Notes under the pieces: generated by a model
The model's input: the letters and a program-made list of their open reading frames with translations, nothing else
Told to the model about the DNA's origin: nothing
Databases searched by the model: none
Source: a virus
Taxonomy: Duplodnaviria; Caudoviricetes
Virus record (IMG/VR): IMGVR_UViG_3300036794_000053
Coordinates: 1-64,000 of that record
Length of the DNA: 64,000 bases
Reading direction: 5' to 3' (one strand)
Shown: piece by piece, positions 37,267 through 47,884 of the stretch
Layout: the number at the start of each line of letters is the position of its first letter
How positions within the stretch are numbered: position 1 is the stretch's first letter
Made by a program: the position numbers and the translations under genes

Positions 37267-37644
37267 GTGACAAAGGCAGCTAAGGTGGCGAAAGGCGCGA
37301 ACTGCTGGTACGGAATCTGCAACCAGTGCGGCGACTTCGCCGTCACCCCGTCGCAACCTGACGCGTTGGCCACTGTCCTGGCGCATTTGAAAGAGTTCTC
37401 GTGTGTGTCCACGCCGGCCGCGATCCCTGCCGGCGCGCTCGCCGAGCTGGATCGGGCGAAGGCCGGCGCGGACGCCACACTCAACATGTTGATCTCCAAG
37501 CTACGCCACCACCTGGCCGCCGGGTTCGACCCGACTGAGCTGTGGAACGAAACGTATTTGGAGTGGTGCCAGCATGCGGGGAACCCGATGTTGGCGTTCG
37601 CGTTCGCTACAGCTGCGGTGCGGCTAGCTCTGCCGCAAGGCTGA
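37267..37644 (+). CDS. Hypothetical protein
   Basis: Last ORF of the rightward run. Confidence 0.55.
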   Translation: MTKAAKVAKGANCWYGICNQCGDFAVTPSQPDALATVLAHLKEFSCVSTPAAIPAGALAELDRAKAGADATLNMLISKLRHHLAAGFDPTELWNETYLEWCQHAGNPMLAFAFATAAVRLALPQG

Positions 37645-39008
37645 GCCCGTAGTCGAGGCCTTGGCCTTCGGCGAGGAGCGCGAGGAACGCGAGGTATGCG
37701 TGGGCGCGGAACCGGATGATGCACTGGTCGCCTTCCACGGACACCAGGTCGCATTCCTCGGCGTCGGCGAGGTATTGCTCAGCTGCCCGGAAGTGGTCTC
37801 TTCCTGTCATTCTTTTCTTTCTCCTCCTGGTTCTTTCGGTGTTGTTCCCTGAGTCGGCGGGCGACACTGGGTAGGGTTTCGACCCGTCCGACGCCGAGGC
37901 AGATACCGCAGGTGGGTTCGTTCGGCCCCGGCTGTTTCCCCATGCAGCGGCCGCACGTTGCGTAGTCAGACATCGTTCTCCTCGCATGGGCACCAGATGG
38001 TGTCGGTGTGCGGGGCGCCACAAAGTGGACAGGTCCCCGCTTCTTGCCATAGATGAGCGGGTAACGCAAGGTCCGCCAGGTCATCGTCGTAACTTGTCAT
38101 TGAGGCTCAACCCGCATTCGCCGCACCATAACGACACGACTGCTTTCTGGTCGCCGGCTACCACGAGGAGTTCGTGTATGCAGTTGGGCTTCCCGGTCAG
38201 GTGTGGGGCGAGGTAGGTGACGCGCAGGTTTTGTTCCGCCTCATCCAGGCTGAGGAATCTCGGTTTCGGTTTCGGTCTCATGCTCCTTGTCCTCGGTCAG
38301 TCTGAGCCGGCCCGCCCCCTTGATACGGGCCGGTTCAGCGCGGTGGCAGTCCCCGATGGCCAGCAGCACCCGCCCCCGAATGGTGATGTCGAGGTGTAGC
38401 TCCAGCAGCCACAGCCGGAACGCCACAGTCAAGAACACGGGCGGTTCGTTTAGAGACATAGCTGTGCCGTTTCACGAAAGGGGCAGGCTAATGATTGTGC
38501 TCGGGATTCTGCTAGCCCTGTTGGGCTACTTCCTCGCCATTGGCGTGCTGGAAACCATCGGGATCATTCTGGTGGTGGTTGGTGCGGTGCTGTTGTTGAT
38601 CGGGCATGTGGGTCCGATCGGTGGGCGGTGGTGGTGAGTCGAGCTCGGCGGTGAGCGCTTCGGCTAGGCCGGCGAGCTCGACTCGTAACCACTGTTCGAA
38701 GTCAGCTGACACGTTGCTTCGGTGGCTTCGGCGGCCGGCGCCCTTCGTTCTTCTTACGGCCGTGCGGGCACTGGTCGGTGTGCCCGTCACCCCATGGGCC
38801 GACTCGTCCCCCGCAGGTCGGGCACTTCTCGTCGGACAGTTGGATGTTGATCAGGTGGGTCAGGTGGTCGAACGCGGCGTCTGTTTCCTGTACCCGGCGG
38901 GCGGCGGCTTCTTCGGGTGTCTCGGGGTACTGGTCGAGTTTGGCCCAGTTCACGAACCTGGCCCATGCCCGACGCAACTCAAGTAACATCATCACTCCCT
39001 GGGGATAG

Positions 39009-39515
39009 TTATTCCCAGACATCGTATGTGACTCGGCGATGTTTCGGTCGGGTCCAGATGGGCGCTTCCTGCCGGCAGCTGTAGCACACGTTCTCGCCGG
39101 CCCGTAGCGTGGCCCAGCTGCCGCACCTGCCGCACCAAGCGTTCCGTTCGTCGCCGAATAAGGCGGTCGGTGGTGGGACGCGCTGGGTGGCTTCGGCGGT
39201 GAAGTTCCACGCGCGGACGCCGGGGCCGATGTGCTGGTGTTCGGAGTAGGCGATCTCGTGGCCGGCGTCGACTTGCTCGGCGAGGTTCTCCGCCCACTCG
39301 CGGATTTGTTTGCCGGTCCACATGTATCTCCCGAGGAGTTCGTCCTCGTGCACGGGGAGCCTCATGATCTCGTCGATGATCTTGGCTGCGTCGAGGAGTG
39401 TGGTCTCACCGGACCGCACCGATTCGATGAGCCGCTCGTCCCCGTGTTCTAAAAGTTTCTCCGCCTCCTTGATTTGGTCGGGTGGTACGGCGGGCATGGT
39501 CAGGATGTTGCGCAC
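39009..39515 (-). CDS. Hypothetical protein with C-terminal Zn ribbon
   Basis: CGRC...CYSC. Confidence 0.6.
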   Translation of the reverse strand: MRNILTMPAVPPDQIKEAEKLLEHGDERLIESVRSGETTLLDAAKIIDEIMRLPVHEDELLGRYMWTGKQIREWAENLAEQVDAGHEIAYSEHQHIGPGVRAWNFTAEATQRVPPPTALFGDERNAWCGRCGSWATLRAGENVCYSCRQEAPIWTRPKHRRVTYDVWE

Positions 39516-40216
39516 TGGTGTCCCCCGTGTATGTTGTGAGTTGTGCTAAGTAGTCGCGTTGCACTCGGGCGCGGCGGCGCAGTAGGACGCGGCGCTGTCG
39601 GGTGTCGCCGATCTTGATAGCGGTGTCGATCTTGAAGTCGATCATGTCCAGTCGAGCGGAGAACGCGGCGGTGAGTTCCGGCTCGGTCACTGGGCGCGCC
39701 GCTTGGCGGGAGGCCAAGGCCGCGGCGGCTGGTTGCTGGGGTTTTTCGGGGTCGCGCGGTGGATCACGCCTCGCACGTCGCGGGTGGCGTTGCCGGACGC
39801 GATGAGTTCGTTGGCATAGGCCCGCTGCATGAACGTCAGCGTTGATTCGGGCACTGGTCCGCGGCCCAGGTCTTGCCAGAGTTCCCACTTGCCGGTCCTG
39901 GCTGGCCGGTGTTTCGGCATCGTCTAGGTCCCCTTCGTTTAGATCAATGTCTGGTGGCCGTTGGCAGAGTGCCATTTGGTCACGCGCCGCACAACGGGTG
40001 ATCGTCGATCAGGTCACGCGCTACGCTGAGGCCAGTCACAGGAAACTCTGTGTTTGGGCAATGGATGCTTGACGCACCAACGAAATAACTCCTGGTAGCG
40101 GCAGGGTGCCGGCAGATGTGACCCATGTGACCCGATCACCCGGACGGATGAACCAAGAAATAGGCATACCTCACCTACCGCCACCCGTGCGCGATAAGTG
40201 ATATCGATAGCAAGGC

Positions 40217-40263
40217 AAAAAAAATAGGCGCGGCGCGCCCGAATGGGACACGCCGCGCCTTTT
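40217..40263 (-). terminator. Intrinsic terminator (possibly bidirectional)
   Basis: A8-T-AGGCGCGGCG-loop-CGCCGCGCCT-TTT. Confidence 0.75.
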
Positions 40264-40451
40264 ACATCGGCGGAACAAACCCCGCCAGCCAACCCCCATC
40301 ACACACCGTGCAGCGACGAGGCGACCAGTCGTACCACAGCTCCTCACCACGCGCCGCGACAGTCGGCCTGGACGTGTAACCCACGCCGCCGCACACATGG
40401 CACACAGTGCGCGTGCTCTCGACGCTCTCCTCGCTGTCCATTCCTTGCACC

Positions 40452-40787
40452 CTACTCAGCCAGCTGCTGCTGCCCATCTTCGAGCGCCCACAGCCCCGCC
40501 TGGCGCGCGCACCAGATATGCCCAGCCGCCCGCATGTAGTCCTCGTCGAGCTTCGCGCGGTCGCTCGGTCCCCGGCGGGACGCGAAGCCGATCGTCCCCG
40601 GGCCTCCGTGGTCGTCGATGTGCACGATCACCTCAACCTCCCAGGGATGGCGCGGTCCGCGCCGACACCACACGGTCATCATGTTGTCGATCTCGCCGTC
40701 CTCGTCGGCGACCAGTTGGTAGCGGTACCGGCCGCCCGGGCTGATGACCGAGTAGCGGCTGTGGTCAAAGTCAATTGGGTCACTCAT
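40452..40787 (-). CDS. Hypothetical protein
   Basis: AGGAG RBS on the minus strand. Confidence 0.6.
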   Translation of the reverse strand: MSDPIDFDHSRYSVISPGGRYRYQLVADEDGEIDNMMTVWCRRGPRHPWEVEVIVHIDDHGGPGTIGFASRRGPSDRAKLDEDYMRAAGHIWCARQAGLWALEDGQQQLAE

Positions 40788-40922
40788 CTCTCGTCTCCTA
40801 CGGGCATGGTTTTCTCCTCGATCGTTTGGGTGATATGGTGCCGCGGCCAGCCACCCTGGCGGCCACCCCTATCTCAGGCTGATGTCGGGCAGGTCGCAGG
40901 GTTCTCCCGCGCAGGGCTGGTG

Positions 40923-40970
40923 AACAAAAGCGGGGGGCCGAGCCGGTTAGGTAGCGGCTCGGCCCCCCGC
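40923..40970 (-). terminator. Intrinsic terminator after 40975-41562
   Basis: GCGGGGGGCCGAGCCG stem + TTTTGTT on minus. Confidence 0.8.
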
Positions 40971-40974
40971 CCAG

Positions 40975-41562
40975 TCAGCCGCCGAGGGTGGCGAGCTGCG
41001 CGTCGATCTCGGCGAGCCGCTCGACCAGCTGCTGCCGCTCGGCCCGCAACGTCTCCAGCACGCCGGACGGGTCGTCGACCAGATACGAGTCCCGCGCGTT
41101 GGCCAACATCTTCATCGCCTGGCCCGGTGGCACGTCCCGCACTTCGAGCACCGTGCCGTCCTCTGCGGGTTCCAGCCGCGGATTCTTGACCGAGCCGCCC
41201 CGGGAGTCCCAGCCACCGGACGCCAGGATTACCCCGTCGCCGAGGCGCACGGCATCGTCACGGTTGGGCCGCCAGGCTAGCCGTCGGCCGGCTAGCCGTA
41301 GCTCTTGATCCCAGGTGTCTTGAATGGTGTTGACCGGGATGCGGATGGTGAGGCCGGGTTGGTCAGCGGTTGATCCGTCGGTGCCGTAAATCTCGATGCA
41401 CAGCTCGCGGACCCGCTGCTCGTCGCGCGCGTCGAACGTCCAAAGTTTGGTGCCGCTGCTGAATCTGCCGCCGATCTTGCGTGCCTTCGCCGGCATGGCC
41501 GGGTCGTAGGGTGCGCTCAGCGCCAGCTGTCCGGCGTGCACGGTGATGTGAATAGGTTCCAT
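40975..41562 (-). CDS. Hypothetical protein
   Basis: AAGGAGAGG RBS; APYD...KIGGRF...W motif. Confidence 0.7.
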   Translation of the reverse strand: MEPIHITVHAGQLALSAPYDPAMPAKARKIGGRFSSGTKLWTFDARDEQRVRELCIEIYGTDGSTADQPGLTIRIPVNTIQDTWDQELRLAGRRLAWRPNRDDAVRLGDGVILASGGWDSRGGSVKNPRLEPAEDGTVLEVRDVPPGQAMKMLANARDSYLVDDPSGVLETLRAERQQLVERLAEIDAQLATLGG

Positions 41563-41682
41563 TTGCCCTCTCCTTTGGGTATGGTGGCGGGGTCTTCCGG
41601 GGCGGTGCCTTCATTGAGGTCTAGCCTCAGGACCGCCGGCATCTGTACCGCTGTCCCTTTGCCCGCCCCGGAAGACTCACCA

Positions 41683-42258
41683 CTACCGCGCGCTGCTCCA
41701 TTGCGCGACCTCGATGACGTCGCCGCTGCCGTCGGGGTCGTAGTCCCAGGCCACCCACGGCGCACCGTTCTCGTCCTGGTCCTGGAACACGCCCGGGTGT
41801 TCGCAGCTGCCGGTACGTACGTCCTCTTCTCTGTCCTCGGCTGACTCGTCCTCGTCGAGCGGCTCGGCCAGCTGGGCCAGCGCCGCACGCAGCTCCTCGC
41901 GCAGCCTGTTGCGGATGGCGGCGCGCCGATCTTCCAGGCCTTGGACGAGGCGGGTGGCCAGTTTGTCGGCGGCGGCCACGATGTCCATCTCGCTGGCCGA
42001 GGCACCGAGCCATGTCGAGTCGACGTCGAGCCACTCGCCGCAGCCGTGTTGCTGGTTGTAGTCCTGGATCGCGCCACCTTGGCCGGCGCCAGGGTTCAGG
42101 TGCAGCGGGCAGCCTGGTTCCCGCGGCACGGGCTGCCCGCACCTGGGGCAGTGTCCGTAGGGGCGGTCGGCCCAGACGGCGTGGTAGAGCAGCGGCTCTC
42201 CCGTGACAATGTCACGTGCCGTGAGCTCGGCGTGGTGGGTACCTTTGGGTAGGTCCAT
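41683..42258 (-). CDS. Hypothetical protein
   Basis: RBS; Cys/His motifs. Confidence 0.6.
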   Translation of the reverse strand: MDLPKGTHHAELTARDIVTGEPLLYHAVWADRPYGHCPRCGQPVPREPGCPLHLNPGAGQGGAIQDYNQQHGCGEWLDVDSTWLGASASEMDIVAAADKLATRLVQGLEDRRAAIRNRLREELRAALAQLAEPLDEDESAEDREEDVRTGSCEHPGVFQDQDENGAPWVAWDYDPDGSGDVIEVAQWSSAR

Positions 42259-42545
42259 GATCTTTCCTCTCGCTTGGGTCGTGACTTGTTTACACTGCCC
42301 AAGCGGGTCGAGCCAAGGTATCGGCCGGCTCGACCCGCCTCACTTACCCTTCCGTGGGTGCGGTGGCAACGCTCGCGCCTTGGTGAGCTGGGCTTCTAGC
42401 CCGCACCGCTTGCACTCCCCCATCACCACCGACCCGGTCAGTGTCTTGACGAGCCGGACGTTGATTGCCTTGGTATACGAGCCGAAGCAATCCATACCAC
42501 CTTTCCTTTCTGTTCGTTTCTCTCCCGAAAGGGGGCTAAATTAAA

Positions 42546-43031
42546 ATGGCTAAGTCGACTCGCCACACCTTCAGGACCAGCCCGCAAGCTATTGCGCGGC
42601 GTGAGCGTGACATGAAGTGCGTCGAGATGCGCCGGTCTGAGATTGATTGGGACACGATCGCCGAGAAGCTCGGCTATGGATGTAAGCAGTCCGCGCATTC
42701 CGCTTTTATCCGGTTCATGAGGGAATATCCGCGGGATGATGTCGAGCAGATGCGTGATCTTGAGCTCGATAAGATTGAACGTAAGTGTCTCCAGTTGGAG
42801 CCGGAGTGTGCGAAGGGTAACCCTCGGGCGATCGAGGTGTGGAATAAGCTGTCTGAGCGGCGGTCTAGGTTGTGTGGTTGGGATAAGCCGGAGCGTCGTG
42901 AGGTTCATGTTCTGTCGGCGGATACGGTGAATTTGGCGATTGAGAAGTTGAGTTTGGAGTTGAACGCGAAGGCCGCGGCGAATGATCTTGATCTGTCGCA
43001 GCTGGTGATCGAGGGCGAGCTGGTCGAGTAG
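42546..43031 (+). CDS. Terminase small subunit-like HTH protein
   Basis: WDTIAEKLGY HTH...ELDKIE...GNPRAI...ERRSRLCGWDKP, a pattern typical of actinophage TerS-like proteins. Confidence 0.6.
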   Translation: MAKSTRHTFRTSPQAIARRERDMKCVEMRRSEIDWDTIAEKLGYGCKQSAHSAFIRFMREYPRDDVEQMRDLELDKIERKCLQLEPECAKGNPRAIEVWNKLSERRSRLCGWDKPERREVHVLSADTVNLAIEKLSLELNAKAAANDLDLSQLVIEGELVE

Positions 43032-43075
43032 CCACACGTGTGCCGCCTGTTGCTGTCGGGTAGGGTGAGTCTTGC

Positions 43076-43288
43076 GTGACTCACCCTACCTTGGGAGCAA
43101 CAGTGCAGCGTAAGAGCGAGATCGTTGACGACAACCTGCTCACCGTGCAGGAAGTCGCCGACGAGCTACGCATCTCAAAGATGACCGTCTACCGCCTGTG
43201 CCACAACGGCGAGCTGCTGTTCTACAAGGTCGGGAAGAGTTTCCGGATCACCGAGGGCTCGGTCCGGGCGTTCCTCAAGATCGACTGA
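43076..43288 (+). CDS. Excisionase/BldC-like winged-HTH protein
   Basis: LLTVQEVADELRISKMTVYRL...KVGKSFRI. Confidence 0.85.
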   Translation: MTHPTLGATVQRKSEIVDDNLLTVQEVADELRISKMTVYRLCHNGELLFYKVGKSFRITEGSVRAFLKID

Positions 43289-43673
43289 CGTACTGGTCCT
43301 GGTGCGACTCGATGCCCGGCACCCACACATGCCAGGACCGTGACGGCGCGCAGTAGTAGGCGGCGAGCCTGCCACTACGGGCCATGTTCGCCGCTCCCTG
43401 CTCGGGCAGCATCCGCCGATGGCACCTCGGACACTTCGGGCAATCAGTCAGGTTCACTCCGTGCCACTCCCTCCGCACGCTGGGCATGTCGTCTTGCACG
43501 GCTCAACCGAGTCGGTGTCGCGGTTGAGGGTAGCCTGCCACACCTCGCGTGTTCTACGAGTCGGAGACCTACGACCCGGAAGCTGGCGAGTCGGTCCATG
43601 TGTGCACGATCCCGGGCGACTGGGACGCCTACCGCACAATCAGCCAAACGATCATTGATCATGGGGAGCCACA

Positions 43674-44072
43674 GTGAGCACCTTCGTTACGATTTCTACC
43701 TCCCGTACGAACGCCGACTACTATGGCCAAACCAGCCACACTTCCCTGGAAGAAGCTGAAGAGGCCGCACGCGTCGTGATCCGTGCGCGTCTGGCCGACT
43801 CAGCCGCCGTGTGGCCCGGCACCATGTTCGAACCGACTGCCGTGTGGCCTGACGTCGTTTCAGCGCCGATCAGCTACTTCGGTTACTGGCGTACCCCGTT
43901 CCCCTGGGCCGGTATCGATGACCGCCTACCGGAGCAACGTCTGACGGCCAGCGACGCCCACATGTTTGATGAACACGGCGAGCCACTTGAGGTGTTCACC
44001 GACCAGGGGCAGTGGGAAGTCGCGTATAAGGCCAAGACACCACGCGCAACGACACCAGCCACACCCGAGTGA
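43674..44072 (+). CDS. Hypothetical protein
   Basis: GGGGAG RBS before GTG. Confidence 0.55.
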   Translation: MSTFVTISTSRTNADYYGQTSHTSLEEAEEAARVVIRARLADSAAVWPGTMFEPTAVWPDVVSAPISYFGYWRTPFPWAGIDDRLPEQRLTASDAHMFDEHGEPLEVFTDQGQWEVAYKAKTPRATTPATPE

Positions 44073-45030
44073 TGAGCATGACTGAAATTGACCAACGTCT
44101 CGACTGGGACGATCTCGGCTACAGCGCCGTTCCGGAGGTTCACTCCCACTACGTCCGCCGCATGCGCGGCAGGGGGTCGAGTGCTCGGCTGGTTCGGGTT
44201 GCGGGGTGGTTTTCTTCGCGGTGTCCCACGCCGCTTTGTCACGGTTGCCCATGATCTTCTCCCTTGATGTACGCGATTGCGCGGTCGATGTTGATCATGC
44301 GCATGTTCATGATCCCGGGCGTGGCCCACTCGATGTGCCACGCCTGGCCGTCCGCTTCGAGGTTGAGGTACCGCCGGGTCTCGCGGTGTTTGTACTGGTA
44401 GATGACCCGTGTCTCGTGGGCGAGCCGGGTCATGTACATCAGATGGCCCACCAGCTGGGGTACGTACTCCAGGGCTGGCCGCCAGTTAGGCTCAGGGGTG
44501 CCGTAGTCCGGCGCCTCCCAGACCCACACATTGGCGAACTGGTCGAGAGCCTTGCCGTCCATGATTTCCCTCTCGATTGGTGGTGCTGGCCCGGCGGGTT
44601 CGGCGCCCGGCGGGTGCGTCAGCGGCCAGGCCAGCACCAGGCATTCAGAACCGTACGGCGAGCGCAAACAGTAGTGCGCACACCAGGATGAGCAGCCACA
44701 CGCTCACCCCTCACACCTCGTCGAATGCACCGCGTCCGCCCAGTTGGGCACCACCTCATCCTCGTCCGGCAGGTCATCCAACGATCGCCGGCAACATTCC
44801 GTTATCACCTCCTCGGCATTCCAATCCGTGATCAAGGTGGACCACTGGCTTGATCATCTTGTCTGCTCCCCTTTATCCGAGGTCCAGTTCGTATCGGTAT
44901 GGCCGGTGCGGAACCGGCCGCTGGTAGGGCAGCTGCCGGTTCACCGGCCGCCGAGTAACGACGGGTGGGGTGGACAGTAGCCGGCGCAGCTGCCGCCGCC
45001 ACAGGTAAAGTCGGAACCGCCAGCGATTCA

Positions 45031-45705
45031 TCACTCACCTTCCTTGAGTACGGTGCCGATCGCCTCGGCGACCATGCAGCCCTGCGCCCACGGCAGCCGC
45101 ACCGTGATTTCCACGGTGTCGTCGTAGTAGGACTTGACCTTGCCGCCGTGGTCGTAGCTGCCGAAGCTGACCTCCGGCTTGTGGCTGTCGCGGTCCCACC
45201 TGTCGCGGCGTACCTCGCCGTTGAGCAGGCCGGCGATCTTGTCCATGAACCGGTCGAGCCGCGCCGCCGTGTCGTCACTGTCCTGTTTGCGTGCGGCCAA
45301 GCTGGCCACCATGTCGGCCAGCCCGGGCAGTAGGCGGCGGGTGATGTCCTTCGCCGCGGCCGTGGCCGTCTTCTCGTCCGACACGGTGATCGACTTGTTG
45401 CTGCTCTCTTGGTACCGCTCGTGCTTGGTCAGTTCGCGCTCGATGCTCCAGGCGATCGCCACGCGGCCGGCGAGCTGGTAGCCACCCATCCGTACGTGTA
45501 GCTTCTGTCCGTCCGGGCCGGTCAGGTGCGCGTCTTCACCGTTGGACCAATGCCCGGGTGTGGCCGACCAGTCCTCGCCGAGCTCGGCGGCGACTTCCTT
45601 GGCCCAGGTAATAGCTTTGCCGTTCATTTTGATGAACCTCTCCATGTGTGTTTTCTCGTCGGCGAGCACGCCAGCGAGCCGCAGAGCGATTGTGTTCTGG
45701 CTCAC
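45031..45705 (-). CDS. Hypothetical protein
   Basis: GGAG RBS; 224-aa ORF. Confidence 0.65.
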   Translation of the reverse strand: MSQNTIALRLAGVLADEKTHMERFIKMNGKAITWAKEVAAELGEDWSATPGHWSNGEDAHLTGPDGQKLHVRMGGYQLAGRVAIAWSIERELTKHERYQESSNKSITVSDEKTATAAAKDITRRLLPGLADMVASLAARKQDSDDTAARLDRFMDKIAGLLNGEVRRDRWDRDSHKPEVSFGSYDHGGKVKSYYDDTVEITVRLPWAQGCMVAEAIGTVLKEGE

Positions 45706-45892
45706 TTGCTTCTCCGTTCAGTGCTGCCAATGCACACCGCCAGGTAATGGGCTGGCGGCGACACAAGCGGTACTGCTCAGTCCTCGGCTAACTCCAGGCA
45801 GTCCTCGCAGTAGCCGTTAAAGTCGCAGTCCTGATCTGACTGGCCGTCGCAGTCGATCTCTTCTTTACAGCTGCGGCATTGGTGGGTGTGCA

Positions 45893-46285
45893 TCACTCGA
45901 CGCCTTTCTTGGCGAGTAGTTTCCACGGCTCGCCGGTGATGTTGTTCGGGTACAACGGGTACCCGTGCCGCCGGTGATCTTCGAGGTGGCTAGGCGCGAG
46001 GTATACGGCGCTGACATTCTTACGCCCGACTTTCCACACCCGCGCCGCACGGATTCGCTGGTGAGCGTAGATAGCGACGAGGTCACCCACTTCTACCTCG
46101 CCGGCTTTCATGTCCTCGGCGGTGATCTGAGACCCGCGGCCGGTGGTCGTGTCCATCACGCCCCACTCGTTCAGGTCGGTGACGCACCGCTTGACCAGCT
46201 CGTCACGTGTCATGCCTAGGCTTTTCATTGCGTCGTCGAGACTCATCATGTCCCTTTCTTTTGTTGAGTAACCCATAGGACACAC
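45893..46285 (-). CDS. Hypothetical protein
   Basis: AAAGGGA RBS near Met at about 46249. Confidence 0.55.
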   Translation of the reverse strand: MCPMGYSTKERDMMSLDDAMKSLGMTRDELVKRCVTDLNEWGVMDTTTGRGSQITAEDMKAGEVEVGDLVAIYAHQRIRAARVWKVGRKNVSAVYLAPSHLEDHRRHGYPLYPNNITGEPWKLLAKKGVE

Positions 46286-46313
46286 ACCCCCGATGTGTGC
46301 CCGCGTGCATCAC

Positions 46314-46928
46314 TCACCCTTCCCCGTACAGGTTGACTATCTGGTTGATCCGAGCCGACGGTGACATCTTTCGCAAATACACCGCCGTGGTATTTAGATG
46401 CGTATGCCCGAGCTGCTCCTGAATGTTCGTCATCACCACACCGTTGCGTTCCAACTCGCACGCATGCCAGTGCCGTAGCGCGTGCGGGTGCACACGGTGT
46501 TCGATACCAGCCCGAGCCGCGGTGTCCGCCACTATCTGACGTATCTGCCGGTCACCCAATGCGTGGCCGCGGGCGCCGCGCCATAGCCCACACATCAGCA
46601 CCGGCCCGCGAATCCCGAGCACCTTACGGGCGTCCCGCCACCGGGCAACGTGCAACAGTTGCGGCGCAAGACAGCCGGCGATCCTGGCTTTGTCTCCCTT
46701 TCCGTGCAGCACGTGGATTGAACCGCGTTCTAGGTTGACGTTGCCGGGGCTGAGCGCGGTGACCTCGGAGTTGCGGAGGCCGGCGCCGAGCATGGCGGCG
46801 ATGATCGCCCGGTTCCGCATGGCGGTGGGTGTGTCGTTGGATCGCACGGTGAGTAGCGCGTGCGCTTCGTCGTTAGTGATCTCTTCGTAGGGGAATGTCT
46901 TGTCTTTATGGGTGGGCGGCGCGGTCAT
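46314..46928 (-). CDS. Tyrosine recombinase, catalytic domain only
   Basis: GLRNSE (R), GKGDK (K), HALRH (H-x-x-R), LGH, TAVY (Y). Confidence 0.9.
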   Translation of the reverse strand: MTAPPTHKDKTFPYEEITNDEAHALLTVRSNDTPTAMRNRAIIAAMLGAGLRNSEVTALSPGNVNLERGSIHVLHGKGDKARIAGCLAPQLLHVARWRDARKVLGIRGPVLMCGLWRGARGHALGDRQIRQIVADTAARAGIEHRVHPHALRHWHACELERNGVVMTNIQEQLGHTHLNTTAVYLRKMSPSARINQIVNLYGEG

Positions 46929-47013
46929 GGTGTGTCCTCTCCATTGTTGCAACGCTGTGAGTTACACTGATCGAAAGCACAATTGTTCTTGTGTCGCTGC
47001 GCTTTCGAACTAG

Positions 47014-47589
47014 CTACTCGGTCCCCTTCCACGCCACCCACGTCACGGCTTGCACGGTGGATGGAATCTCGCCGAGTCGGCGCGCGGCTTCCCGATAGGC
47101 GTGCGCCAGGGTGGCGTACCTCCGCTTGGCGGATAGGCCGCGGTCGCGTTCGCCGTATCGTTCGCCGGCGACGATGTCGTGTGCGTGCCGGTCGATCACT
47201 ACCGGGTCGGCATCTTCGGGATCGATGATCGCTTTGAAGAAGTTCCACGTCTTGGAATCTTCGGGCAGCACAGACAGCGGTTCTCCACCCGCCATGATTC
47301 GCTCGGCTTTGTCGAGTGCGTTACGGAAGTGGCCCCTCGCCTCCTGATACGTGAACGTCTCCCGGGCCAGCTTGACGTTCGCCTCCCATGTTTTCTGCGG
47401 GCTGAGCGCGGCGATCACGCCGGCACCCGCGCGGGTATTCCCCTCGGCTAGCAGGGTGGCTACCTCGTTAGCCGTGCGATACCAAGCGCGACCGCGTGCT
47501 ACCTGGTCGGCGGTGGCGCCTCGCCATACCGCGATGATGTTCGACACGTACTTTTCGTGGGCCGTATCGTCCGCTGTGGTCGGCAACAT
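47014..47589 (-). CDS. DUF7178-like protein (possible HhH glycosylase-like fold)
   Basis: WY...AALSPQKTWEAN...KTWNF...VIDRHA...VQAVTW; family name from memory. Confidence 0.6.
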   Translation of the reverse strand: MLPTTADDTAHEKYVSNIIAVWRGATADQVARGRAWYRTANEVATLLAEGNTRAGAGVIAALSPQKTWEANVKLARETFTYQEARGHFRNALDKAERIMAGGEPLSVLPEDSKTWNFFKAIIDPEDADPVVIDRHAHDIVAGERYGERDRGLSAKRRYATLAHAYREAARRLGEIPSTVQAVTWVAWKGTE

Positions 47590-47884
47590 CAGGCCACCAC
47601 ATACAGCGTGTCGTCCCAGATACGGCCCACCGTGTGCTGCTCCGCCGGTATCCGCGCCTGCCACGTGTGCTGTTCCATGCGGCGCACCGTGCGCCACGGC
47701 TCAGCAATGGACGGGGCCACGTACATGGTGCCGTCGGCGGCAATGTAGGCGGGCCGCCAGCCGTTACGGATACGGACACGGCCGTAGGTATTCGCGGTGT
47801 TCATTGTTGTTTCCCTCTCCCTTTGTGATCAGTGTTGGTAGCGCCGCCGCTAGGACTCTGCACCTAGCGGGACGCAAACGACAC

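Noticed and set aside
38302-38338. Hairpin sharing the loop CCTTGATA with the 29578 hairpin
   Set aside because: Only two instances and this one lies within a probable ORF; insufficient support.
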